In this document: piece after piece, positions 31,902 through 41,443 of the stretch
Position numbering within the stretch: position 1 is the stretch's first letter
Layout of the letters: each line of letters starts with the position of its first letter
Virus record (IMG/VR): IMGVR_UViG_3300008110_000016
Strand: one strand, 5' to 3'
Length of the DNA stretch: 62,509 nucleotides
From: an uncultured virus (IMG/VR IMGVR_UViG_3300008110_000016)
Lineage: Duplodnaviria; Heunggongvirae; Uroviricota; Caudoviricetes
Notes under the pieces: generated by a model
The model's input: only the letters and a program-made list of their open reading frames with translations
The model's database searches: none
Told to the model about the DNA's origin: nothing
Position numbers and translations under genes: made by a program

Positions 31902-34900
31902 CTATATAGGTTTTTTAAATTTAAGTTCTTTCAAAATAGATTCAAGAGCATCTTCTAAAAGTTGTTTTTCGCTAAGACCAATAGTTTGAGCTATTGTGCG
32001 TAGCTCAGATGATTCTTGTTTTGAGAACTTTATTTTCTCAATCTTTTTTCCGGTCTCTTTGGACCTAAGAATAAGGGTAATTCTTTTACTACGAAACATC
32101 TGCAGTAAATAAGAATCCAGGACCGTTTCCCTCTGGATCCTGTGATGGAATCAATGCTTGACCATCGTGAAAGATAATAACCATAGGAATATCATTAAAG
32201 CCTACTAAGCCATTCCAGCCTAGTTCTTCAATTTCAGAATCTTTAAGTGGGCGAATAGTATGAACCATTTTTCCAATAAAAGATCCGTATTCTTTGGTAA
32301 GAATCTTTTGCATGTTTGCTTCTGTTTCAAGCATTTTAATCCCATTCTTTTTTGTCAGGTGGTAGTTTCTTTTTAGATGGTATTGTTTTAGATTTAAGAA
32401 AATTTCTGTCTGCAAAGTTTTGTCTATCTTCTGTAGACCAAGCAGAAATAATTTTTCTAATCTTCTTGCGGGAAATTTTCATGATCAAACTTACTGGAGC
32501 ATCTGCTACAGTACCATAGTTTGTATGTTTTATTATCAGATTCATTTTTTAAAGATGTTCTGAGATAAAGTATTTTACCGTCTTGTGGCAAGAATCCAAC
32601 TTTGCAATCATTGCATTGATAGCTGAAATCTGTTTTTTCTAAGTCTAAAGCTCTCAAGTAAGCTGCTCGCATTTCTTCATGATCCATCGGTTACAATGCC
32701 CCAGTCTTGAACTGTTATTTGACACATTTGTTTACAGACTGGACATTTAGCTACAGGGTACTGACCCCACATAGAGTGTGAGGGTATTTCTCCGCAATCA
32801 CACTTTAGTATTACTTCAGGTCCCCAACTTTTTATAAGCTTTAACTTTGATTCTAGCGTAACTGGAATCTGAAGTGGCATGTCAGTATTTCCAAATTGAC
32901 TTAGAACTCTTATTAACGTGGGAATAAGAATCAAGTAATTGATCTAAGGCAGAAGACAAAACTGGCCATTTTATTTTAAGCTCTCTGACAATATGATCGT
33001 GGTGATGAGGGTGATTACCTTTATCGGTTAAAGCCTTCTTAATAGCAAGAAGAGCGTCATACTGAGCTTTTGTAATTGCTACTGAAGTACTACTGTTTTC
33101 TTCTCGGTAAGAAGTAATTTTTACATTAGAAGAGTAAGGGTTAGAAGTAGTTGTTTTTGAAGGTACAGTATATGAATTATGCGTTTCTTTCTTCAAAGAG
33201 TTAGCAAGTTTTTCTATAGCAGATGCTATGTTATTTAGTGCGTTCACTAATGATTTCATCAAATTCTCCTTGTTCAAGTCTTTTTAGTATTGATAGTCCC
33301 CAATCATACCACTGGCAATCTTCGCAATTGTCACATGTGTGGTCGGGGTAAGGTTCGCCAATTATTGCAGCTTGATGAGCTTCTTTAATTATTCTTGGAA
33401 GAAACTCTTTTAAAAGTTTAAAGTATTTAGATTTCTTTGTTAAGAATATCATTATACTCTTTCATTATATCTGGACAAGTACATTTTTCATATCTATAAA
33501 AAACAGAGCCAAACCACGTAAGCATACCAAATGTATGCCAACCTTGTTCGTCTGAACCTTTAATAAATCTTATAGGAAAAAAAGAAAACCTTTGTTGACC
33601 AGGTTTCCAGAAAAAAAATCTACTAGCATTAAACATCAGTACTTTGCAATCTGTGATAGTCTTTGAATTTCGGCAATTAAACCTTGAACATGTTCCGATA
33701 TAAGCCTATTAGATTCAATAGTAGATTCTAGTTTTGATTCTATATAACCAATGTGAGTTAGTGTAAGCTTAAAAACATTAACCGCATGATGCATAAGAAC
33801 ATAAACGATTGATGGATCATGTATAGATTTATCTGCCTCATTAGCAAGTTCAGACATAAGATTATTTATTTTTGCTTCGAGCAATGGATCCATATTTAAC
33901 TCCTGCCTTTTAAAAAAATAGTGGCCCTAGAACGCGTCCATTCTAGGGTAGTTCCACTACCGAGACTAGATAACTCTGTCACAAAACACATTACTGTGTT
34001 CGGGGCGATAATCCTTATTCCGCGAAAACAAGGACTACGCTACACAAATTAACTCCTCAGCTAATTACGGTATTCACTGTAGCTTCTCTAGTGCTAAGTA
34101 TTATATCAGAAGATATCATCAGAAGTAGGATAAACTCTTCTTTCGATCTGAACTTTGTAAAGATCTATAGGAGCATCTTTTACAACTTCAATTGTAATAC
34201 TAACTAGGTCTTTTGCGGGAAGACCAAAAGCTTCAGCTACTTCTTGGTCAGACAAAGCCATGCCACTAGGAAGTTGCATTATAACAGGTGGAATTTGGTC
34301 TTTAGTAACTTCTAAAGTAATCTTAGCTGTTCCTTCAGATTCATGCCATATGTTATCAGCGCTGTTAAAAGCTTGAAGATATATTGAGTTATCAAAAGCT
34401 TCTACAGATTTATATTTTGCAATAGCATTGTATGCATTAAACTTAGGTGGTTTTGAAATAAGTTTATCTAAAAATGAACTAAAGTCAAGAATCTGTTCAG
34501 CGTTTTTTACTTGATTTATTGCATAATCATCTATAAAGAGTGGTAGTTGTTCAGATATTTTTTTTTCTATCTTCTTTTTCTTCTTCTTCTTAATAGACTG
34601 ATCTTTTGAAGCTTCGACTACTGGAGAAGGAGTAGTTTCCCAAGCAGGATAAACTATCATGCGAGAACCTCCCGATTAGTATATGTTTTAAAGAATACAA
34701 AAGCAATTTCTAAAATTGCTACTAACAATTGTATGCACAAATTTGGCATTGTTCTATCTTTCTTAAATTGATACGAGTTTTTAGATAGAATATATTATTG
34801 GAGTTCTAAAGGAAATATTTTCTTTAGTCTCTTTTTACAAGAATGTGTAGGAGCATCGTTAATACCGATGCCAATTTTTATAGATACGCCACAAGAAGAA

Positions 34901-35118
34901 CAAGACCATTTGGTATTTGGTCTATATTTTGTTCTAGCTGGAGGTGGCTCTGGAGTAACAGGTATTTCCTCTACTTGGTCGTCTTCATCTTCCTGTGGCA
35001 TTTTACTGTCGTTGGGTGCCTGAAGACAAGACGGACAAAGCTTTGGTTTTCTACCTCTTGCCTTAAGACGATTCCATTGAAGACCACACTGGATACAAGT
35101 TAACTGGTCATGTTCCAT
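31902..35118 (-). other. run of about 10 small hypothetical - strand ORFs
   Basis: Overlapping stop/start ORFs in track (31902-33893, 34106-34660, 34795-35118); several contain CxxC; no family recognised. Confidence 0.6.
33912..34094 (-). ncRNA. candidate structured small RNA
   Basis: GC-richer intergenic stretch; TATAAT at 34100-34105 (-); ends in CCCTAGAA/TTCTAGGG hairpin closed by GTAGTGG/CCACTAT plus T-tract. Confidence 0.5.
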
Positions 35119-35128
35119 GGTTTAAGTC

Positions 35129-35740
35129 CTAATATCTCTCCTGAACGTAGCAATGAAAAGGTGCTCCAGTATATGGATCATACTTTGAAGCAACTGCAAT
35201 AGCTTTTAAAGCATTCTTTTTAGCTTGAGCTACTGTCATTATTTTAGATGAACATAGTACCTGCAAAGCCCCCAGTGCATAAGAACTTCCAGTTCCCATA
35301 GCATATCTTCCATTGATGTCTGAGGTCCAAGAATAATCACCGTCAACTACATATATAGTACCAGAGACAACAACAAGAATTGTTGACTCATGCTGAGCCA
35401 TATGTGTAGCTGATTCACTTTCTGGTGAGGTAGCATATCCTTGTTTTTCAAAACAATCTCTAAGAGCTGGAACAAACTTTGTGGTAATAAAGTTATCTAG
35501 TTTTTTACCATTAGTTGCAACAGGTAGACTTGGAGGAACAAACGCATGATGAAGAATGTTAATTGCTCGCATGTCGCCGGCAGCACCCAACAAGTACTTA
35601 TTGTTCTCTGCTATCTTGGCACTGTTAGTACCAAGGGTGGTTATTTGAGAGGCAAAGCCTCCATCGTCCATTGTTGATATTCTAGAGTCGCTACAAACAA
35701 GAGCGTAATCTGGACCCTGTATGCCGATAATTGTGGTCAT
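35129..35740 (-). CDS. Ntn-hydrolase, proteasome beta / HslV-like peptidase
   Basis: N-terminal MTTI nucleophile, SDSR, K, AMGTGSSYALGAL, D..TG. Confidence 0.88.
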   Translation of the reverse strand: MTTIIGIQGPDYALVCSDSRISTMDDGGFASQITTLGTNSAKIAENNKYLLGAAGDMRAINILHHAFVPPSLPVATNGKKLDNFITTKFVPALRDCFEKQGYATSPESESATHMAQHESTILVVVSGTIYVVDGDYSWTSDINGRYAMGTGSSYALGALQVLCSSKIMTVAQAKKNALKAIAVASKYDPYTGAPFHCYVQERY

Positions 35741-35943
35741 GTTATTCCTCAGTACACTTTAGTTAAAGATAGTATACAGGAAATACAAGATATTATCAAT
35801 TATCAGAAGGATTGTAGTACAGGGATCCAAAAACTGTATAAGCTATAGCATGAATATCTTCTGATTTGACTTCTTTAAAAGTTTTTTTAAAATTGTCATA
35901 TCGAGAATCATAATAATAGTTTCTCTTGCCTTTGCGGTTTTTA

Positions 35944-36207
35944 TTACGCTTCTTGGACAAGATTTAAACCCTTTTTAAATATTAAAGTACCATGTAAAGT
36001 ATTTCTTATATTTGTGTTAAAATACTTTCCAGCAGACTGTGCTTTTTTAAGATTGTCAAAGTGTTCAACTGTAGCGTCTGCATATAGCCAAACTGCACCA
36101 GAATTAAAGACAACAATTAAAGCTTCTTGATCTTCTGACCATGCGCAGGAGTGCAATACGGAACTATCAATAAACTTATAAAATTTAATTTTAGAAAAAT
36201 TTTCCAT
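35944..36207 (-). CDS. KTSC domain protein
   Basis: DSS.L....W......L.V.F.SG..W.Y...AQSAGKYFNTNIR. Confidence 0.88.
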   Translation of the reverse strand: MENFSKIKFYKFIDSSVLHSCAWSEDQEALIVVFNSGAVWLYADATVEHFDNLKKAQSAGKYFNTNIRNTLHGTLIFKKGLNLVQEA

Positions 36208-36210
36208 AAG

Positions 36211-36297
36211 CGGAACGAGGAGGATTCGAACCTCCGAGGGCTTTAACACCCTGACGGTTTAGCAAACCGTTGCTTTCGGCCACTCAGCCACCGTTCC
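36211..36297 (-). tRNA. tRNA-Ser(GCT)
   Basis: Cloverleaf with ACGGT-TTGCTAA-ACCGT, long variable arm, G73; no encoded CCA. Confidence 0.95.
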
Positions 36298-36303
36298 TAA
36301 AGG

Positions 36304-36465
36304 TTAATCACCTTGATATCTACCTTTAGGGTAAACATCTTTAGCATTAACTTTGCCAGAATTCATCATGTCAACAACAAATTTAATAGATTCTAAAATA
36401 GAATCTTTTTGTGTTTTGGTGTTTTCCGTGATTTCTTCTTCGTTGTTTTCTGTTTCATTTGTCAT
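36304..36465 (-). CDS. small hypothetical protein between tRNAs
   Basis: MTNETENNEEEIT...YPKGRYQGD, 53 aa. Confidence 0.6.
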   Translation of the reverse strand: MTNETENNEEEITENTKTQKDSILESIKFVVDMMNSGKVNAKDVYPKGRYQGD

Positions 36466-36467
36466 AG

Positions 36468-36541
36468 CGCCCCCGGCATGATTCGAACATGCGACCTGCG
36501 GATTAGAAGTCCGATGCTCTATCCAGCTGAGCTACAGGGGC
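36468..36541 (-). tRNA. tRNA-Arg(TCT)
   Basis: GCCCCTG...TCGGA-CTTCTAA-TCCGC...TTCGAAT. Confidence 0.95.
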
Positions 36542-36835
36542 TTATTAAGCGTAATTATACTGCTCTTTTGTGCGATCATCAACATAGAGGTTTGCCTCTA
36601 AAAGAAAATCTTCATAAGAAACTAGATAATAAAAACCATTACTCCAATAAGCACCTTGTACTAAATATCCATCAAAAAAAAGAATCTATCGCAGAAGAAA
36701 CTTGTTCTATAGAAATGTTTCTAGAAGAATACTCATTAAAGTTTTTCTTTAACAAATTGTTAAGAAAAAAATGAGAATCTTCTTCGTCTAAAGTAGGCTC
36801 TAAAATACTAGTCTTCTGCAATAGAGTGATCATAT

Positions 36836-37192
36836 CTAATCCAATGGTAAGTTAATCATCTTAACATAAAGCATTTTGCGCTCAATAGATGTTAAGAATT
36901 TAATGGTGTTGATGCGCCACTTGTTTTGTTTTGTGATGAAAGATTCAATGTCGGCTGTTGATGCGCCCATCTCTTTCATCTCTAAAGCTTTAAGTTTATT
37001 CTTCGCTTTATTAGAAGATAGTTGAAATTCAACATCTCTTCTGATAACTCTAAGGTTATATAACCACATATCAACATTGTTCTCTAGTATGTCTTTTTCA
37101 TACTGAGAAGCTTCGTTTTTTATGTCTTTAATAACTATTTCTTTTAGCTTTTCAACATAGTCTACATCAACTATATTTGTATTTTGAGTCAT
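36836..37192 (-). CDS. hypothetical protein
   Basis: ORF from MTQNTN. Confidence 0.65.
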   Translation of the reverse strand: MTQNTNIVDVDYVEKLKEIVIKDIKNEASQYEKDILENNVDMWLYNLRVIRRDVEFQLSSNKAKNKLKALEMKEMGASTADIESFITKQNKWRINTIKFLTSIERKMLYVKMINLPLD

Positions 37193-37934
37193 TGTTTTCT
37201 GCCTTAGCATAACAAAAATCGTAAGCCTGTTGAATATCAGAAGCAAATTGCTCTGTGTACTGAGCACCCTGTTTAAGACAATATATTGGTGAATATGTTG
37301 ACAAAACCGGCCAATAACCAATCCAAGAAATAGAACCTCTATATTGCTTTAACTGTATGTCGGAGTTAAATATGACCGACAAAGGTAAAAGCCCTAAAGT
37401 TACTATTAGCTTTGGATTAAGTAATTGTATTTCAGTATGTAGATACGGAGCACAATTAATAGCTTCTGAATTCTCAGGCTTCCTATTTAATGAACATCTT
37501 GTAACATAAGTTAAACAAACCTTAGAAGATTCAAAGCCCGCAGATTTCATTGTAGAAACAAATAGATCTGCAGATTCTTTATCTATCTTAGGATTGTCGA
37601 CTATGAACAAAACATCTGGATTTTGAGAATTCCATCGAGGAAGATCTGATGAGTCTAAAACATTAGGACACTTTTTACAGTTCTTTGTTACTGTATGAAG
37701 ATCCTGTAACGAAAGACTGTTCTTTGAAGACAAGATGTCATTGCGGACATCCTGAAACAAAGAAACAAGTCTTTCATTAGGAATGTGTTTAGAAAATGTC
37801 TCATGCAAATGAGACAACATGTTAGTTTCAAAAAGACCTAATTGAAGGCCATTTTTGGGAATTAACTTTGACTTTTCACCAGAAAGTGCTTCTTCAATTA
37901 AAGAATCTAAATCTTCCTGTGAAAAATCTTCCAT
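37167..37934 (-). CDS. uracil-DNA glycosylase family 4-like protein
   Basis: CKKC, TYVTRC...RKPE..E...C..YL..EI.L..PK.IVTLG. Confidence 0.85.
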   Translation of the reverse strand: MEDFSQEDLDSLIEEALSGEKSKLIPKNGLQLGLFETNMLSHLHETFSKHIPNERLVSLFQDVRNDILSSKNSLSLQDLHTVTKNCKKCPNVLDSSDLPRWNSQNPDVLFIVDNPKIDKESADLFVSTMKSAGFESSKVCLTYVTRCSLNRKPENSEAINCAPYLHTEIQLLNPKLIVTLGLLPLSVIFNSDIQLKQYRGSISWIGYWPVLSTYSPIYCLKQGAQYTEQFASDIQQAYDFCYAKAENNDSKYKYS

Positions 37935-38353
37935 CAGAACTCTTCTGGAACAGAGGTGTTAGAAGTTGTTGTCTCAGACTTTGAGTCAGAAGACTTAGGA
38001 GAAGAAGACGCTGCGTATGCAACATGCTCTGCAATGACGACAACCTTAGAACGGTTCTGGTTATCTTGCTGCCAACGCTCCTGAAGGAGACGACCAATGA
38101 TGGAAATCTGTGAACCCTTCTTGAGCTTACCTCCAGTGATCTGGCTGTGAATGAACGAAGCGTTCTTATTTACAAAGCCCTCGCTGTCTTTGAGGTAATA
38201 GGTAACATCAAAGTATCCAGCTGTTGACTGAGATCCTTTTTCGGATCCAGCGTATTCTACAGCTACACGGAACTTTGCAATCTTGTCGTTAATCATCTCT
38301 GGATCAGCAACAACACCAGCGGTGAGGTTGATGACATTCTTTGGGTCTAACAT
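37934..38353 (-). CDS. ssb: single-stranded DNA-binding protein
   Basis: N.I.L......DPE, LKKGSQI.I.GRL.QERW....RSK, acidic tail ending in F. Confidence 0.9.
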   Translation of the reverse strand: MLDPKNVINLTAGVVADPEMINDKIAKFRVAVEYAGSEKGSQSTAGYFDVTYYLKDSEGFVNKNASFIHSQITGGKLKKGSQISIIGRLLQERWQQDNQNRSKVVVIAEHVAYAASSSPKSSDSKSETTTSNTSVPEEF

Positions 38354-38354
38354 T

Positions 38355-38597
38355 TTATTTATTCTCCATATAGTCATTTAGTGTGATAGGGTTATCGAGA
38401 ACTTCTCGCACATTAGCGATCAGTCTCTCTAGGTATTTGCATGCTTCGTCTGCCCCTTGTGCAGGGCCGTAGTCTATTGTGTAATAGTCTACAAGACTTA
38501 CAAACAAATTATATATTCCGGACTTAATGTCCGAGATTACGTCAGTAGAAACATATTCATTTACTGTTTCTACAAGTTCAGGATTGTCGTTTTCCAT
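38355..38597 (-). CDS. hypothetical protein
   Basis: ORF in operon. Confidence 0.6.
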   Translation of the reverse strand: MENDNPELVETVNEYVSTDVISDIKSGIYNLFVSLVDYYTIDYGPAQGADEACKYLERLIANVREVLDNPITLNDYMENK

Positions 38598-38894
38598 TTA
38601 TGAAACTCTCTTTGATAAAGCTTGATCTATCATTTCTCCAAGAACCTTAGAATCTTTATATCCTTTATCATACAATATAGATATGATTGGTTTTGGATCA
38701 ATGTAAGAATAAGTTAAAAGTTGAAGATTTAAAACATCATTTAAAGTGTAAATTCTGTATTTATTTAAATCTCTTTTTGGATTAGGATACTTTTTGCTTT
38801 TTTCTCTATTAGCAATAGTCAAGGGAGAAACATTTAGAATCTGAGCTAACTCTGATCTGGTAAAGATTGGTTCAGAAAGCTTTTTAGATTGCAT
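38598..38894 (-). CDS. MerR-type HTH protein
   Basis: FTRSELAQILNVSPLTIANRE...P.RD.NKYRIYT. Confidence 0.85.
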   Translation of the reverse strand: MQSKKLSEPIFTRSELAQILNVSPLTIANREKSKKYPNPKRDLNKYRIYTLNDVLNLQLLTYSYIDPKPIISILYDKGYKDSKVLGEMIDQALSKRVS

Positions 38895-38959
38895 GTTAAA
38901 TTATACACCTTTTTAAATGTTTATATATATTTATATAGTAACATAAAAAGGAGAAAGAA

Positions 38960-40069
38960 TCAAGTGGAAGAAGGTGTGTTTCTTACGTTTATAAGCATTT
39001 GGCTGATAAAATTATCCTGGGAAGGTATTGTCTTGATAGCATTATTATAAGACATTCTGTGATTTGAAACAATTTCAGTCTTATTATGTTGACTAAACAA
39101 AATACTTTCAATAATATTATCATATGTCTTGGATACTCCGTGGTAGTCTCCAAGCCATTCGGAAAAATCACTTAAGGTAACTTGATCCTCAAAAGTGTTA
39201 TCGTCATCTACTTCAATGCCGGTATCAGAAATGTAATCCTGTCTAAAACTATCTATGTAATACAAGTTATGGATTTCTGAAGTAGAATCATAGTAACTTG
39301 TATAAGATGGTGGAAGCCAAGCATAATCAATAATTTGCTCTGGAGTATAACCAGAGATAATATCATAAAAAGAAGAAACTAAATCATTAAATTTATTAGT
39401 TCTAAAATGATTAATGATTGGATTTGACCTTGGGCCATAATTAAGATTTGCTGTTACGCCGTCAACAAGATCGGCATTGAAACCAGTATTCCAAACCCAA
39501 TCATATGCAGAAGCAACAACTCCAGCAATATCCATAGAATACCTGTATATCTCATCGCTATCTTCAAAATGAGGAGCGCAAAGTGTAGCGTTGGTAAAGA
39601 AGTTAGGAATATAAGGAAGATACAATTTAACGTGTTCATGCGTTAAAGGTTCATTTGAAAAGAACATTTTAACGCAATTAAGAATTGGCTTACCAAAATT
39701 GATAGTATAAGAAGCAATATATATCTGCCAAGGAATTGGAATATAATAACTACTTATATCTGGGTAGTCACCTTCTTCATTCTCATGTTCAGAAATATTG
39801 TCTACACTCATAGGAATATGCTGAACCAATTGCATTCTAGGAGGACGTTCAAAAACTACAAAACCGGGATAGATAGCCCTAACTCCGGGAGGCATAAGAC
39901 CAGATGGTACAGAAGACTCAAATTTAGAAGACAAAAAGTTAGAATAAAAATTAGAGTCTATATCAAAAGATGAAGCAACATTTAGAAACTCGTCTTCTAC
40001 AGAAATAGAAGCTGAAGCAGAACGAAAATAAGTATCTTTGTTCTTTTTAATATAAGTAACTTTAGACAT
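38960..40069 (-). CDS. prokaryotic E2 (family D / PRTRC-B)-like protein
   Basis: ERPP...IPIPWQIY...MFF.N.PL...LYLPYIPNF.....LC...WNTGFNADL. Confidence 0.6.
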   Translation of the reverse strand: MSKVTYIKKNKDTYFRSASASISVEDEFLNVASSFDIDSNFYSNFLSSKFESSVPSGLMPPGVRAIYPGFVVFERPPRMQLVQHIPMSVDNISEHENEEGDYPDISSYYIPIPWQIYIASYTINFGKPILNCVKMFFSNEPLTHEHVKLYLPYIPNFFTNATLCAPHFEDSDEIYRYSMDIAGVVASAYDWVWNTGFNADLVDGVTANLNYGPRSNPIINHFRTNKFNDLVSSFYDIISGYTPEQIIDYAWLPPSYTSYYDSTSEIHNLYYIDSFRQDYISDTGIEVDDDNTFEDQVTLSDFSEWLGDYHGVSKTYDNIIESILFSQHNKTEIVSNHRMSYNNAIKTIPSQDNFISQMLINVRNTPSST

Positions 40070-41432
40070 TTTGAACCTGCTGGTTTTTAATAGGGAATTT
40101 TAATTCGAAGAAATCTTTGTCATGAATACTGGGATCAAAGGTAGTAATATACTCTTTGTCATCTTGCATTGTTAAGTAAAGATTTAATGGATTAGAATTA
40201 TAATAAGAATGATCTGGATTAGATCTCAATTGAGAAATTTCAGAAGACAAAGAATTATCTATGTACTCAAAGACAAGATTACATATTTTCTCATCATATT
40301 CGTTCATAGAATCAGAAGCAGTAAAATTTATCTTCTCCATTACAGAAGTGTCTACATATAGATGAAATACAGAGTATAAACTATTGGTAGAATGTAATAA
40401 AGAATTAAATGGTTCAGCAAAAGGATTGATGCGAGAAACAGATTGAGAAGCAGATTCTATTTGAGATTGATAAGTAGAAAAACCATAAGCAGAATTCTTA
40501 GATTCAGTAACCATCTGCATGATCTCTTCTAGTGGAGCATGAGAAAAATAATTCAAGAAATTAGGAATATATTTTTTCTGAGAAACTCTACCAGTAGGAG
40601 TCAAACAAGAACGGTATTTCTTTGGCTGAGAACTGTCTCCATGAATTATAGTATGACGAGCTTTAGCAGCTGTCTTGGAAGTGCTAGCAACTTTGTCAAA
40701 TCCACCAATTCCAAGATCTGTATTCCAGCCACCAGTCATATAATCGTTAAGTATAAAATTATAGATAGTAGCAGGGTCAAAAGAATTGGTCTCAGCAAGA
40801 TGTTGCTGCAAGTGGGTAAGTGTTTGATTCAAACACATTCTTCCGCCACTATAGATATTAGGATAAATACAATTTACTGCTTTATCTTCTAAAGAAGAAA
40901 TTGGACCATCATTAAAGAACAAAGAAGCTTCATAGAAAGAAGAAGTTGGATCCATAGTTAAAAGCATAACTGTCCATGGCATCCAAATAGAATACTGTTT
41001 AGGACTGCCAATAGAATTAGATCGAGAATTCTTAAAATCTATTGTAGCTAAAAATGGTGGCCTTTCAATAAGCCACACATTTTTATTATCAGTATAACGA
41101 ACTGCTATAGGGAAGAACTTGTCAAAAGAACGAGACTGCTGAGAATAATAAGCAGATAAGCTGTCAAAATACTTAGAAGAAGAAGAAACAGAAGCAGAAA
41201 CAGAATACAAAAATGGATACATTTCTACTTGTTCTATCCAACGAAGATAATTATAGTATGTTCGTTGAGGAACATTGCTAATTCTAGATCTAAGCTCTTC
41301 TGAATTATTATGACGGTCAATTAATAAATCCCTTAAAGGAGGATGCAAATTGGCAATATAAGTATCAGAAGGCTTTATTTGAATCTGATAAATTAAATCA
41401 TCTTCTAAACGAGAGTATTCATAACTCGACAT
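40062..41432 (-). CDS. prokaryotic E2 (family D)-like protein, paralogue
   Basis: ERPP...IWMPWTV...LFFNDGPI...YPNIYSGGRMC...GGWNTDL. Confidence 0.6.
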   Translation of the reverse strand: MSSYEYSRLEDDLIYQIQIKPSDTYIANLHPPLRDLLIDRHNNSEELRSRISNVPQRTYYNYLRWIEQVEMYPFLYSVSASVSSSSKYFDSLSAYYSQQSRSFDKFFPIAVRYTDNKNVWLIERPPFLATIDFKNSRSNSIGSPKQYSIWMPWTVMLLTMDPTSSFYEASLFFNDGPISSLEDKAVNCIYPNIYSGGRMCLNQTLTHLQQHLAETNSFDPATIYNFILNDYMTGGWNTDLGIGGFDKVASTSKTAAKARHTIIHGDSSQPKKYRSCLTPTGRVSQKKYIPNFLNYFSHAPLEEIMQMVTESKNSAYGFSTYQSQIESASQSVSRINPFAEPFNSLLHSTNSLYSVFHLYVDTSVMEKINFTASDSMNEYDEKICNLVFEYIDNSLSSEISQLRSNPDHSYYNSNPLNLYLTMQDDKEYITTFDPSIHDKDFFELKFPIKNQQVQNV

Positions 41433-41443
41433 AAATATCCTTC

